Origin: Squalus acanthias
Taxonomy: Eukaryota
Assembly (NCBI GenBank): GCA_030390025.1
Contig: JASTWF010000034.1
Location: forward strand, 2,480,001-2,544,000
DNA length: 64,000 bases
Reading direction: 5' to 3'
The position numbers and the translations under genes are program-made. The notes below the pieces were generated by a model. It saw only the letters and a list, made by a program, of their open reading frames with translations, did not search any database and was not told the DNA's origin. This document shows, piece by piece, positions 40,561 to 53,166 of the stretch (position 1 is the first letter of the stretch; the number at the start of each line of letters is the position of its first letter).

Positions 40561-40634
40561 ACTGTTCACTATACTTACAAGTTTTGTGTCATCTGGAACT
40601 TTCGTATTTGTGCCCTGCACACCCAAGTCAAAGA

Positions 40635-41200
40635 AATTAATGTATATCTAGACAAGGGAACCATATGTAATTTCTCCAAGTTTGTAGACGACACAAAGCT
40701 GGGTGGGCGTGTGTGCTGTGAGGAGGATGCCGAGAAACTCCAGGATGATTTGGACAGGTTGGGTGATTGGGCAGGAGCGTGGCAGATGCAATATAACGTG
40801 GATAAATGCGAAGTTATCCACTTTGGTGTCAAAAACAGGAAGGCAGGTTATTATCTGAATGGCAATAGATTGGGAGAAGGGCAAGTGCAACGAGACCTGG
40901 GTGTCCTTGTGCACCAGTCGCTGAAGGTAAGCATGCAGCTGCAGCAGGCGGTTAAGAAGGCATATGTTGGCCTTCGTAGCGAGAGGGTTTGAGTACAGGA
41001 ACAAGGATGACTTGCGGCAGTTGTACAGGGCCTTCGTGAGACGTCATCTTGAGTATTGTGTGCAGTTTTGGTCGCCTTATCTGAGGAAGGATGTTCTTGC
41101 CATGGAGGGAGTGCAGCGAAGATTCACCAGACTGATAGCTGGGATGGCAGTAATGACGTATGAGGAGAGATTGGGTCGATTGGGCTTATACTTGCTGGAG
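40635..41200 (+). mobile_element. CR1 RT fragment
   Basis: SKFVDDTKLGG..QRDLGVLVH; very similar to 53172-53700. Confidence 0.9.
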
Positions 41201-41565
41201 TGCCTAATAGAAAGAGGAGGTGCTGTTCCTCGACCTTACGTTGTAAGAGGCCGAGGACAGGGAGGTCAGGGTGGGAGAGGAGCGCTTGTCACTTTAACTC
41301 TCCGCACCACTCCCACTCTGACTGCAGCTCAGGTGGCAGCTGATGATGATTCTCCCATTCCCATTTGCAACTTTTAACCAGTCCTGCCTCCCACCCTATC
41401 ACAGACCATCCCTTTTGTTATTCCCACCCCTTTCTCTGCCCCTGCACCTGCTTAAAACCTGTTACATCTCTAACTTTTTCCAGTTCTGACGAAGGGTCAC
41501 AGACCTGAAACGTTAAATCTGTTCCTCTTTCCACGGATGCTGCCTGACCTGCTGAGTGTTTCTAT
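41200..41565 (+). mobile_element. Non-autonomous Penelope-like derivative (centre plus one arm)
   Basis: Matches 63772-64000 directly and 63460-63705 in reverse; contains an HFNS..HSHSD-like remnant and a hammerhead core. Confidence 0.75.
41482..41518 (+). ncRNA. Minimal hammerhead ribozyme motif (PLE type)
   Basis: agtt-CTGACGA-agGGTC aca GACCt-GAAA-cgtt-aaat. Confidence 0.65.
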
Positions 41566-41569
41566 CTTA

Positions 41570-42800
41570 TACCTTCTTGGATTTTCTCTCAGTCTGACCC
41601 CACCTAATACCGTACTATTTCTCACTCTACTGCTATCTGTCTCTCCCAATCCTTTGTGCACCTTGTTTCTCCTTTCTAATGCCACATCCTGGTGCCCATC
41701 GCCCTGGCAGATTAGTTTAAACTTTCCCCAACAGCACTAGCACCCAGCCCCCACTCCCATCGTGAGTATATTGGTTCCGGCTCTGTTGAAGTGCAAACCA
41801 TCCGGCCTGTACAGGTCGCACCTCCCCCAGAACCGGTCCCAATGTCCCAGGAATCTGAGGCCTTCCCTCCTGCATCATCTCTCCAGCCACGCATTCATCT
41901 GCTCTATCCTCCTATTTCTATATTCACTAGCTCGTTGCATCGTTTGTAATCGGAGATTACTTCTTTCGTGGTCCTACTTTTTAAGCTAATTCCTAGCTCC
42001 GTATTATTTGCCTGCAGGACCACATCCCTCTTTCTACCTATGTCGTTGGTACCGATATGGACCACGACCTCAGACTGTTCACCCTCCCCTCTCAGAAGGT
42101 CCTGAAGCACTCAGTGACATCCTTGGCCCTGGCACCAGGGAGGCAACATATTATCCTGCAGTCACGTCAGCGGCAGCAGAAAGGCTTGCCTGTTCCCCTA
42201 ACTATCGAATGTCCTGTCAGTATTGCTTTGCCGATCTTCCTCCTCCCGCACCTACAGCTGAGCCACCATTGGTGCCGTGGACTTGGCTCTGGCTGTACTC
42301 CCCAGAGAAACCATTGAATACCGGTTCGAGAGTGAGATGCACTCAGGGGACTCCTGCACTACCTGCCTGGTCCACCTTGTCTGTCTGGCGTTCACCCATT
42401 CCCTCTCTGCCTGCACACTCTTATGCTGTGGGGTGACCACATCCTGAAACGTGGTATCCACGGGGCTCTCAGCCTCACGGATGCACCGCAGTGACGCCAG
42501 CTGCTGCTCCAGCTCCGAAACCCGTGTGAAGTTTCCTGGAGTTCCCACATGGCACAAGATGTGCATTCCACGGGACTGAGGTGCGCTGCCATGCCTCTAT
42601 TTAATAGACTATTAACTAACTTAACAGAATTAAACTCAAGACTTAAAAAAATCACAATCTACTTACCTTTTATTGTCTTTTCAGCGCCTTCCCTTTTGCT
42701 GACCTCACTTACCTCGTTCCTTGCGCTCGCTCCCGGCTCCGGGTTCTCCGGCTTACCTTTAACTCCGGCCGCTCCTCTCGTCTCTCCTCCTTAGTCTCTG
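41570..42800 (-). mobile_element. CR1 5' end: 5' UTR and disrupted ORF1 (zinc-finger/coiled-coil plus SGNH esterase-like)
   Basis: MAAHLSPVECTSCAMWE, VSELEQQLASL, VVVHIGTNDIG. Confidence 0.85.
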
Positions 42801-43029
42801 CTCCTAATTCACACTCTCTCCAAATCCATAACCTTAGCACTCTGTTGAGAATCTCTCCTTTTAGGATCACTGTGCAGACCATTCAATAAAATGGATCTCC
42901 CCACACTAGTTCTCTGATTTATTCCATATCTGGCCATCAGGTTAAAAAAAACAATAAATTAATGGTCCAAAACGGCAGGAGCTGAGAGATGACCCCAATG
43001 ACGGAATGATGGGACTCGCCTACATGACA

Positions 43030-43560
43030 TTGCACCTCAATCCAGGAATTTCATTCCCAAGGTCGCCTAGATTACACTGCTCCCGCCTTAGTCCAGGAAT
43101 TTTATTCCCAGGGCCGCCTAGTTTACACTGCTCCCGCCTCAGACCAGGAATTTTATTCCCAACGCCAACCAGTTTACACTGCTCCCGCCTCAATCCAGGA
43201 ATTTCATTCCCAGGGCCCCCTAGTTTACACTGCTCCCGCCTCAGACCAGGAATTTTATTCCCAACGCCAACCAGTTTACATTGCTCCCGCCTCAATCCAG
43301 GAATTTCATTCCCAGGGCCCCCTAGTTTACACTGCTCCCGCCTCAATCCAGGAATTTAATTCCCAATGTCGCCTAGATTACACTGCTCCTGCCTTAGTCC
43401 AGGAATTTTATTCCCAGGGCGGCTAGTTTACACTGCTCCCGCCTCAGACTAGGAATTTTATTCCCAGGGCCCTCTAGTTTACACTGCTCCCGGCTCAATC
43501 CAGGAATTTTATTCCCAGGGCCTCCTAGTTTACACTGCTCCCGCCTCAGTCCAGGAGTTC
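43030..43560. repeat. 51-bp minisatellite, about 10 copies
   Basis: Unit ccaggaattttattcccagggccgcctagtttacactgctcccgcctcaga; starts at ~43042, 43093, 43144. Confidence 0.95.
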
Positions 43561-43824
43561 AATTCACAGTTCATTTCTCTACTGCCTGAATCTCGAACAA
43601 GAATTATAAGAACATATTTATAAAGAGTGACCTTACCCAGACAAACATGTCATGGTGTTTGACCGAGGGGAAGACAAATTAATCGGAGCAAAGTGTGGAT
43701 ACCAAGGAATCAAATGAACACATTTAAAATATTAACAAATGAGATAAATACCCTGTAAGCACCCAAATGCTCTGGAGATATGGAATTCTCGCATAGGCAT
43801 ATTCACAAATCATAACTTTCAGTC

Positions 43825-44165
43825 AACATTCCCGAATCCTCCATCACCATCCCAGGCTGTATCCTGTTCCACTGGTAGCACAGGCACACCAGTGGTGGTT
43901 GCACAGCGTTATACAGTTGCGTGGGCGAGACCCTGCGAGTCCTCAACATTGCCTAAGAACATAATGAAGGCTAATGGCTTCCAGTCAGACATGGGCAAGG
44001 CAACTTCCTGCTTATTCCCACCTACCGCCCTCCCTCAGCTGATGAATCGGCACATCTTCATGCTGCACACCAGTTGATGGGAGCACCGAGAGCAGAAAGG
44101 GTACAAATTATACTCGGGGTTGGGGGAAACTTCAATGTCCATCACCAAAAGTGGCTCGGAAGTAC
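43825..44165 (+). mobile_element. Degenerate LINE APE endonuclease fragment
   Basis: cctaccgccctccc (YRPP) and ggggaaacttcaatgtccatcac (G[D/N]FNVHH) remnants. Confidence 0.55.
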
Positions 44166-44169
44166 CATC

Positions 44170-44865
44170 TTTAATAAAAAGGGAAACAATAGAATACGGG
44201 AGAAAACTAGCAAGAAATATAAAAGCAGATTGTAAGAGTATCTACAAGTATGTAAAAAGGAAAAGATTAGCAAAAGTACACATTGGTCCCTTAGAGGCTG
44301 AGACAGGATAAATTATTATGGTGAATAAGGCAATTGCAGAAATGTTAAACAAATATTTTGTATCTTTCTTCACAGTAGAAGACGCAATAAGCATATGAAA
44401 AATGGTGGGAACCAAGTGACTAATGAGGGTGAGGAACTTAATGTAATTAATATAAGTAGAGAAAAAGTACTAGAGAAACTAATGGGACTAAAAGTCGACA
44501 AATCCCCTGGACCTGACGACCTACATCCTAGAGTTCTAAAAGAGGTGACTGAAGAGATAGCGGATGCATTGGTTTTGATCTTCCAAACTCCCTAGATTCT
44601 AGAATGGTCCCAGCGGATTGGAAGGTCGCAAAGGAGGGAGAGAAAAAACAGGGAACTACAGGCCTGTTAGACTGACATCAGTCGTCTTCAAAATGCTTGA
44701 ATCCATCGTTAAAAAATGGTATCAAGTCACTTAGAAAATCATAACAAGATTAGGCAGAGTCAACGATGTTTTATGAAAGGGAAATCGTGTTTGACAAATT
44801 TATTAGAGTTTTTTGAGGATGTAACTAGCAGGGTAGATAAAGGGCTACCTGTGGATGTAGGATAT
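44170..44865 (+). mobile_element. CR1 ORF2 fragment
   Basis: KSPGPDDLHPRVLKE, KSCLTNLLEFFE. Confidence 0.85.
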
Positions 44866-44914
44866 GGTCTTTCTAGAGCAGAGAAGTTTAAGAAACATAT
44901 AATTATACAAGCTT

Positions 44915-45968
44915 AGAAATTTATGGCACAGGAGGCCATTCGGCCCATCGAATCTCTGCTGGTCGCGAAAGAGCTATCCAGCCTAATCCCACGACCCAGC
45001 TCTTGGTCCGTAGTCCTGTAGATTACGGCACTTCAAGTGCATATCCAAGCACTTTTTAAATGTGATGAGGCTTTCTCCCTCTACCCCGCTTTCCGGCAGT
45101 GAGTTCCAGAGCCCCACCGCCCTCTGGGTGAAAAAGTTCGCCTCATCTCCCCTCACATGCTTCTACCAATTAATTTAAATCTATGCTCCCTGGTTATTGA
45201 CCTCTTTGCGAAGGGAAATATGTCCTTCCTATTCACTCCATCGAGGGTCTTCATAATTTTATACACCTCAATTAAATCTCCCCTCAACCTGCTCTGTTCC
45301 AAAGAAAACAACCACAGCCTATCCAACCTTTCCTCATAGCTAAAATTCCCCAGTCCTGGCAACAGAATCGTAAATCTCCTCTGTACCCTCTCGAATGCAA
45401 TCATTTCTTTCCGGTAATGTGATGAACAGAACTGCAGCTGTGGTTAAACTTGTGTTTTATACAGTTCTAGCATAACCTCCCTGATCTTATATTCTATGCC
45501 TCGGCTAATAAATCAAAGTATCCTGTATGCCTTCTGAGCCACCTTATCTACCTGTCCTGATACCTTCAGGGATATGTGGACATGAACTCCAATGTCCCTC
45601 TGTTGCTCTACATTTCTCATTACCCGACCATTTATTCTGTATCCCTTTGCCTTTTTAGCCCTCCCCAAATTCCGTTATCTCTCATTTCTCCCGTTTGAAT
45701 TACATTTGCCAATGTTCTGCCCACCTGACAAGTCCATTGATATCTTTCTGCAGTCTACAGCTTTCTTCTTCATTATCAACCACACGGCCAATTATGTATC
45801 ATCTGCAAACTTCTTAATCGTGGACCCAACATTGAAGTCTAAATCATTGATATATGCCACAAAAAGAAAGGCTCCTAGTACTGAGCCCTACGGAAGACCA
45901 CTGAAAACAGCCTGCTAGTCACAAAAACATCCGTCGACCCTTACCCTTTGCTTCCTGACACTGAACCA
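44915..45968 (-). mobile_element. CR1 3' portion, degenerate
   Basis: ERVQRRFT..SYEERL..RLRGDLIEVYK; FADD remnant near 45800. Confidence 0.85.
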
Positions 45969-46075
45969 AGTTCTGACGAAGGGTCATCTACCTGAAACGT
46001 TAACTCTGTTTCGATCCACAGATACTGCCTGACCTGCTGAGTATTTCCAGCATTTTTTGTTTTTATTTCAGATTT
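45969..46075 (+). ncRNA. PLE terminal fragment with hammerhead core at 45969-46005
   Basis: AGTT-CTGACGA-agggtcatctacct-GAAA-cgtt-AACT (stem I AGTT/AACT). Confidence 0.65.
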
Positions 46076-49000
46076 CAGCTAGAGCGGCGAGGCGGCAGAG
46101 GCGGCGAGCACCGGTACTTAAGATGAGCCCCGAGGCGGCAGCGATGCCTGGAACGGCGAGGCGGCAGAGGCGGCGGACCTGCGAGGGAACAGAGGCGGCG
46201 GTACTTAAGGTGAGCCCCGAGGCGGCTTACAAATCCAAGTTCAGGGAGAGGGAAGCAAAAAGTATTCATAGTGTGATGTCACCAAAAAGCAGGTAAGTGA
46301 TTGGTTGGTGAGTGTTTTCTTTCTCAATTTTTCTAAACTTAAATTTTGTGGTTTCTACGATCTCTTTGTATAGCAGGGAGTACTAGGCAAGGGCCCTTGA
46401 GTATATCATTAATTCCAGTGTAATTGGTGGGTTTCATTTAATTTTAATTAAAGGGTAAGTCATGGCAGGACAGCTCTGTGCTGTGACATGGTCTTCCTGC
46501 ACTATGTGGGAAATCAGGGACACTTCCTGTGTCCCTGACAACCATGTGTGCGGTAGGTGTATCCAGCTGCAGCTACTGACAGACCGCATTGCGGCGCTGG
46601 AGCTGTGGCTGGATGCATACTGGAGCATTCGCGATGCTGAGGACATCGTGGATAGCACGTTTAGCGAGTTGGTCACACCGCAGGTAAAGGGTGTACAGGC
46701 AGGAAGTGAATGGGTGACCACCAGGCTGAGTAATAGGCGAAGGCAGGTAGTGCAGGGGTCCCCTGTGGCCATTCCCCTCTCAAACAGATATACCACTTTG
46801 GATATTGTTGAGGGAGATGGCTTATCAGGGGAAGACAGCAGCAGCCAACTTCCTAGCACCGTAGGTGGTTCTGCTGCACAGGATGGGAGAGCTATCGCGA
46901 TAGGGGATTCTAATGTAAGGGGAATAGATAGGCGTTTCTGCGGCCGCCAACGAGACTCCAGGATGGTATGTTGCCTCCCTGGTGCAAGATTCAAGGATGT
47001 TTCAGAGCGGTTGCAGAGCATTTTGGATCGGGAGGGTGAACAGCCAGTTGTCGTGGTGCATATAGGTACCAACGATATAGGTAAAAACGGGATGAGGTCC
47101 TAAAAGCAGAATATAGAGAGTTAGGAGGTAAATTAAAAAATAGGACCTCAAAGTAATCTCAGAATTGCTACCAGTGCCACGTGCTAGTCTGAGTAGAAAT
47201 AGAAGGATATTTCAAATGAATACGTGGCGAGAGGAATGTTGCAAGTGGGAGGGATTCAAATTCCTGGGGCATTGGAACCGGTTCCGGGGGAGGTGGGACC
47301 AGTACAAACCGGACGTTCTACACATAGGCAGGGCCGGGACCGATGTCCTCGGGTGAGTCATTGCTAGTGCTCTGGGGGAGGGTTTAAACTAAAATGGCAG
47401 GGGTTTGGGAACCTGAGCAGGGAGACAGAGGAAAGGGAAACAACGATAATAGCAAAAGGTAGGAAGAATAAAAGCAAAAGTGGCAGTCAGAGAAAACAAC
47501 GGTTTAAATCAAACATGGCCACAGTAAATAATAATTCTAATAGGTCTAAGAGCGTTAAAAAACAAGCCTGAAGGCTTTGTGTCTTAATGCAAGGAACATT
47601 CGGAACAAGGTGGATGAATTAGCTGCGCAAATAGAGGTAAACAAATATGATTTGTTTGGGATTACCGGAACATGGCTCCAGGGTGGCCAAGGCTGGGAAC
47701 TCAACATCCAGGGGTACTCAATATTCAGGAAATATAGGCAAAAAGGAAAGGGAGGTGGGGTAGCATTGCTGGTTAAAGAGGGGATTAACACAATTGAAAG
47801 GAAGGATATTAGCTCTGATGATGTGGAATCTGTATGGGTTGAACTGAGAAATAACAAGTGGCAATAAACATTAGTGGGAGTGATATATAGACCTCCAAAC
47901 AGTAATGCAGAGGTTGCGGATGGCATTAAAAGTAAAAATTAGAGAAGCGTGCAATAAGGGCACAGCAGTCATCATGGGTGACTTTAATCTACATATAGAT
48001 TGGACTAATCAAATTAGTAACAGTACTATGAAGGAGGAATTCCTGGAGTGCTAACCGGATGGATTCCTGGACCAATATGTCGAGGAACCAACCAGAGATC
48101 AGGCCATCTTTGACTGGGTATTATGCAATGAGGAAGGATTAATGAGCAATCTTGTTGTGAGAGGCCCCTTGGGTCAGAGTGATCATAATATGATAGAATT
48201 CTTCATTAGGATGGAGGGAAGTAGTTGACTCAGGGACTTGGGTCCTGAATTTAAATAAAGGAAACTACGATGGTATGAGGTGCGAGTTGGGTAGGATTGA
48301 TTGGGGAATGTCACTCAAAGGGTTGACGGTGGATAGGCAATGGCAAACATTTAAATACCGCATGGACGACCTACAGAATTTGTTCATCCCAGTTTGGCAT
48401 AAGAATAAAACAAAAAAGGTGACTCAACCGTGGCTAACAAGGGAAATTAGGGATAGCATAAGATCCAAGGAGAGGGCATATAAATTGGCCAGAAAAAGCA
48501 GTAACCCTGAGGATTCGGAGAAGTTTAAGATTCAACAAAAGAGGACAAAGGGATTAATTAAGAAGGGGAAAATAGAATACGAGACTAAGCTTGCAGGGAA
48601 CATAAAAACTGACTGTAAAAGCTTTCATAGATATGTGAAGAGAAAAAGATTAGTGAAATCAAGCATAGCTCCCTTGCAGTCAGAATCAGGGGAACTTATA
48701 ATGGGGAACAAAGAAATGTCAGGCCAATTAAATATATAGTTTGATTCTGCCTTCTCAAAGGAGGACACAAATAACCTCCCAGAGATGTTGGGGAACATAG
48801 GGTCTGATGAAAGGGAGGAACTGAAATAAATCATTATTCGTAGAGAAAGGGTGTTAGGGACATTGAAGGGATTGAAGGCCGATAAATCCCCAGGGCCTGA
48901 AAATCTACATCCTAGTGTACTTAAGGAAGTGGCCCTAGAAATAGTAGATGCATTGCTGATTATCTTCCAACATTCGATGGAATCTGAAACAGTACCCATG

Positions 49001-49618
49001 GATGGAGGGTAGCTAATGTTACCCCACTATTCAAAAAGTGTGGTAGAGAGAAAACGGAGAATTACAGACCGGTAAGCCTGGCATCGGCAGTGGGGAAAAT
49101 GCTAGAGTCCATTATAAAAGATGTAATAGCTGAGCACTTGGAAAACAGTGACAGGATCGGACAAAGTCAACATGGATTTACAAAAGTTAAATCATGCTTG
49201 ACTAATCAATTGTAATGTTTTGAGGTTGTAACTGGTAAAATAGATAAGGGAGAACCAGTGGATGTGGAGTATTTGGACTTCCAAAAGACTTTTGATAAGG
49301 TCCCGCATAAGAGATTAGCGTGTAAAGTTAAGGCACATGGGATTGGGGGCAAGGTATTGACTTGGATAGAGAACTGGTTGGCAGACAGAAAGCAAAGAGT
49401 TGGAATAAACGGGTATTTTTCCGAGTGGCAGGCAGTGACTAATGGGGAACCGCAGGGATCGGTACTTGGATCCCAGCTATTCACAATATATATTAATGAT
49501 CTAGACAAGGGACCTAAATGTAATATACATAGATACATAGAAGATAGGAGCAGGAGTAGGCCATCCGGCCCTTCGAGCCTGCTCCGCCATTTAATGAGAT
49601 CATGGCTGATCCTCCAAT

Positions 49619-52486
49619 TCAGTATCCCGTCCCCGCCTTCTCTCCGTAACCCTTAACCCCTTTTGCCTGTAGAAATACATCTAATTCCCTCTTAAATATA
49701 TTTAATAAGCTGGCGTACACTGCCCTCTGTGGCAATGAGTTCCACAGGTTCACCACCCTCTGAGTGAAGAAATTCCCCCTCATTTCTGTCCTAAATGGTT
49801 TAGCCCTTATCCTTAAATTATGTCCTCTAGTTCTGTTCTCACCCGCCAAGGGAAACATTCCTTCTGCATCTAGTCTGTCTAGACCTGTCAGAATTTTATA
49901 CACTTCTATGAGGTCCCCTCTCAATCTTCTAAACTCCAGTGTGTACATCCCTAAACTACATAGTCTCTCCTCATAGGTCAATCCCGCCATTCCTGGTATC
50001 AGCCTGGTGAATCGCCGCTGCACCCCCTCCATGGCAAGAACATCTTTCCTCAGATGAGGCGACCAAAACTGTACACAGTACTCGAGGTGTGGTCTCACCA
50101 GTGCCCTGTACAGCTGCAGCAAGGTATCCCTGTTCCTGTATTCCAACCCTTTTGCTATGAAGGCCAGCATACCGTTTGCCTTCTTGATCGCCTGTTGCAC
50201 CTGCATGCTCGCCTTCAGTGACTGGTGTACAAGAACACCCAGGTCTCTCTGTACTTCCCCCTCTCCCAATTTATTGCCATTTAAATAATAATTTGCCCTC
50301 CCGTTCCTGCACCCAAGGTGGATAACTTCGCACTTGTCCACATTATAGTGCATCTGCCATTTATCCGCCCAATCACCCAGTCTGTCCAAATCGCTCTGGA
50401 GCTTCCTGGTCTCCTCCTCTGAGCCCACCCCCCCTCCTAGTTTAGTGTCGTCTGCAAATTTGGAAATGCTGCATCCGACTCCCTGATCCAGGTCATTAAT
50501 GTAAATTGTGAACAGCTGGGGACCCAGGACAGATCCCTGTGGTACCCCACTTGTTACTGCCTGCCATTCAGAAAATGAGCCGTTTATTCCAACTCTCTGT
50601 TTTCTATCTGACAGCCAGTTCTCTATCCACGTCAATACTTTCCCCTTTATCCCATGAGCTTCAATTTTCCCTGCTAATCTTTTATGTGGGACCTTATCGA
50701 AGGCCTTTTGGAAGTCCAGGTACACCACATCTACTGGCTCTCCCCCATCTATTTTACCAGTTACTCCCTCAAAAAATTCCAATAGATTAGTCAAGCACGA
50801 TTTACCCTTTGTAAATCCATGTTGACTCTGTCCTATCCTGTCCCCATTTGCTAAGTGCTCCGCTATTTCATCCTTAATGATGGACTCCAGCATTTTGCCC
50901 ACAACTGATGTAAGGCTCACAGGTCTGTAATTACCTGCTTTTTCCCTACCCCCCTTTTTGAATAGTGGGGTAACGTTAGCTACCCTCCAATCCATGGGCA
51001 CTGTTCCCGAGTCTAATGAATTCTGAAAAATCATACTTAGTGCATCCGCTATCTCTAGGGCCACCTCCTTCAGCACCCTAGGATGCATGTTATCAGGCCC
51101 TGGGGATTTGTCCGCCTTCAATCCCTTTAGCTTCCTTAACACCATATCCTTAGAGATATTGACTTGCGTCAGTTCCTCCTTTGCAAATGTCCCTATTTTT
51201 CCCGATATCCCAGGGAGGTTTTTTGTGTCTTCCTTCGTAAAGACTGACCCAAAGTATGCATTTAGTTGGTCTGCCATTTCCTTATTTCCCGTTATATATT
51301 CCCCCGTATCTGACTGCAATGGGCCAACTTTGGTTTTCACCAGTCTTTTCCTCTTGATATACTTATAAAAGCTTTTGGAGTTAGTTTTTATATTTTCCGC
51401 CAGCTTGCTTTCGTAAGCTATTTTGCCCCTCTTGATTAAGCCCTTTGTCCTCCTTTGCTCTATCTTAAACTGTTCCCAATCTTCCGCTCTGGCGCTTTTT
51501 TTGGCTATTTTATACGCCCTATCTTTGGATTTTATGCTGTCTCTAATTTCCCCTGTTATCCACGGTTGAGTCACCTTTTTAGATTTCCTTTTATGCCAGA
51601 TTGGTATAAACAATTTTTGCAATTTTGTCATTCTATCTTTAAATGCTTGCCATTGTTTATCTACCTCCAGTCCTCCCAGGAACGTTGTCCAATCAGACCT
51701 ACTCAGTTCCCGTCTAATGGCATCATAATTCCCCTTGTTTAAATTCAGGACCTTAGTATCTGAGTCAATTTCTTCGCTCTCCATTTCGAGTGAGAAATCG
51801 ATCATGTTATGATCGCTCTGACCCAAGGGTCCCCGTACAACAAGATTACTAATTAGTCCCTTCTCATTGCACAGTACCCAGTCCAATATAGCCTGTTCCC
51901 GAGTTGGTTCCTCGACATATTGATCCAGATAACCATCCCTTAAACACTCAAGGAATTCCTCCTCCTCATTATTTTTACTGATTAGGCTATTCCAATCTAT
52001 ATGTAAGTTAAAGTCACCTATGATGACAGCTGTGCTCTTATTGCACGCTTCTCTAATTTCCCTCGTGATGCCCTCCCCAACCTCTATTTTACTATTTGGA
52101 GGCCTATATACCACTCCTATTAATGTTTTTCGCCCCTCGCTATTTCTTAGCTCCACCCATATAGATTCTGTATTAACTGAGTTAATATCCTTCCTTTCAA
52201 TTGCATTTATCCCTTCTTTTACCAGCAATGCTACCCCTCCTCCCTTTCTTTTTTGTCGATCCTTCCTAAATACTGAATACCCCTGTATGTTAAGCTCCCA
52301 GCCCTGCTCACCCTGCAACCATGTTTCCGTAATCCCAATTAGATCATAATTATTAACCTCTATTTCCACAGCTAATTCATCTACCTTGTTCCTGATGCTT
52401 CTCGCATTAAGGTATAAAACCCTCAGGCTTTTTTTATGCTCACATTTTTTATGAATTAGTTTGGCCCTTTGTTTTTTGTTCCTCAC
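49619..52486 (-). CDS. Intact CR1 ORF2 (APE endonuclease plus reverse transcriptase), 955 aa
   Basis: Uninterrupted ORF with NARS, ETW, YRPP, GDFN, SDH, DFQKAFD, GVPQGSVLGP and FADD. Confidence 0.95.
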   Translation of the reverse strand: MRNKKQRAKLIHKKCEHKKSLRVLYLNARSIRNKVDELAVEIEVNNYDLIGITETWLQGEQGWELNIQGYSVFRKDRQKRKGGGVALLVKEGINAIERKDINSVNTESIWVELRNSEGRKTLIGVVYRPPNSKIEVGEGITREIREACNKSTAVIIGDFNLHIDWNSLISKNNEEEEFLECLRDGYLDQYVEEPTREQAILDWVLCNEKGLISNLVVRGPLGQSDHNMIDFSLEMESEEIDSDTKVLNLNKGNYDAIRRELSRSDWTTFLGGLEVDKQWQAFKDRMTKLQKLFIPIWHKRKSKKVTQPWITGEIRDSIKSKDRAYKIAKKSARAEDWEQFKIEQRRTKGLIKRGKIAYESKLAENIKTNSKSFYKYIKRKRLVKTKVGPLQSDTGEYITGNKEMADQLNAYFGSVFTKEDTKNLPGISGKIGTFAKEELTQVNISKDMVLRKLKGLKADKSPGPDNMHPRVLKEVALEIADALSMIFQNSLDSGTVPMDWRVANVTPLFKKGGREKAGNYRPVSLTSVVGKMLESIIKDEIAEHLANGDRIGQSQHGFTKGKSCLTNLLEFFEGVTGKIDGGEPVDVVYLDFQKAFDKVPHKRLAGKIEAHGIKGKVLTWIENWLSDRKQRVGINGSFSEWQAVTSGVPQGSVLGPQLFTIYINDLDQGVGCSISKFADDTKLGGGVGSEEETRKLQSDLDRLGDWADKWQMHYNVDKCEVIHLGCRNGRANYYLNGNKLGEGEVQRDLGVLVHQSLKASMQVQQAIKKANGMLAFIAKGLEYRNRDTLLQLYRALVRPHLEYCVQFWSPHLRKDVLAMEGVQRRFTRLIPGMAGLTYEERLCSLGMYTLEFRRLRGDLIEVYKILTGLDRLDAEGMFPLAGENRTRGHNLRIRAKPFRTEMRGNFFTQRVVNLWNSLPQRAVYASLLNIFKRELDVFLQAKGVKGYGEKAGTGY

Positions 52487-52560
52487 TCTTTTACCATTTA
52501 TTTCTGTCTGCCTTTCACTTTCCTCTATTTCACTACATAGGTTTCTAGCCCCCTGCCATA

Positions 52561-53166
52561 CTAGTTTAAATGCTCCCGAACTGCTTTATCAAAAATTACC
52601 CCGAGAACATCAGTTCCATCTTTGCACAGGTGTAGACCGTCCCTTTTGTATAGGTCACACCTACCACAAAACTGGTTCCAATGCCTCAAAAATTTAAAAC
52701 CCTCCCTCTTACACCACTGCTCAAGCCACGTATTTAGCCTAACTATCCTGTTCTCTGTACTCTTACTAGCACGTGGCACTGGTAGTAATCCAGAGATTAC
52801 TACCTTCGAGGTCCTACTTTTTAGCTTGGCTCCTAACTCCCTAAATTCTACTTGTAGGAGCTCTTCCCTTTTTTTAGCTACGTCGTTGGTACCAACATGT
52901 ATCACGACAACTGGCTGTTCCCCCTCCCCCTCCAGAATGTTCTGCACCCGCGCCGAGACATCCTTGACCCTTGCACCAGGGAGGCAACATACCATCCTGG
53001 AGTCTCGGTCGCGACCACAGAAACCCCTATCTATTCCCCTTACAATCGAATCCCCTATTACTATAGCCCTGCCACTCTTTTTCCCTCCCTTCTTTGCAAC
53101 AGAACCAGTCATGGTGCCATGAGCCTGGCTGCTGGTGCCTTCCCCCGATGAGTCATCCCCCCCGAC
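52561..53166 (-). CDS. CR1 ORF1 C-terminal SGNH/esterase-like domain (5'-truncated)
   Basis: GDSIVRG, GTND and DGLH motifs in an open frame. Confidence 0.85.
   Translation of the reverse strand, partial: VGGDDSSGEGTSSQAHGTMTGSVAKKGGKKSGRAIVIGDSIVRGIDRGFCGRDRDSRMVCCLPGARVKDVSARVQNILEGEGEQPVVVIHVGTNDVAKKREELLQVEFRELGAKLKSRTSKVVISGLLPVPRASKSTENRIVRLNTWLEQWCKREGFKFLRHWNQFCGRCDLYKRDGLHLCKDGTDVLGVIFDKAVREHLN

Larger units (their letters stand above)
49527..53166 (-). mobile_element. Young nested CR1, 5'-truncated within ORF1
   Basis: Tail (ctatgtat)n at 49527-49545; AATAT at both junctions. Confidence 0.95.

Noticed and set aside
43638..43752. Possible minus-strand coding exon (AG..GTAAG) as GPCR exon 2
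   Set aside because: Stops in all three frames and no 7TM similarity.
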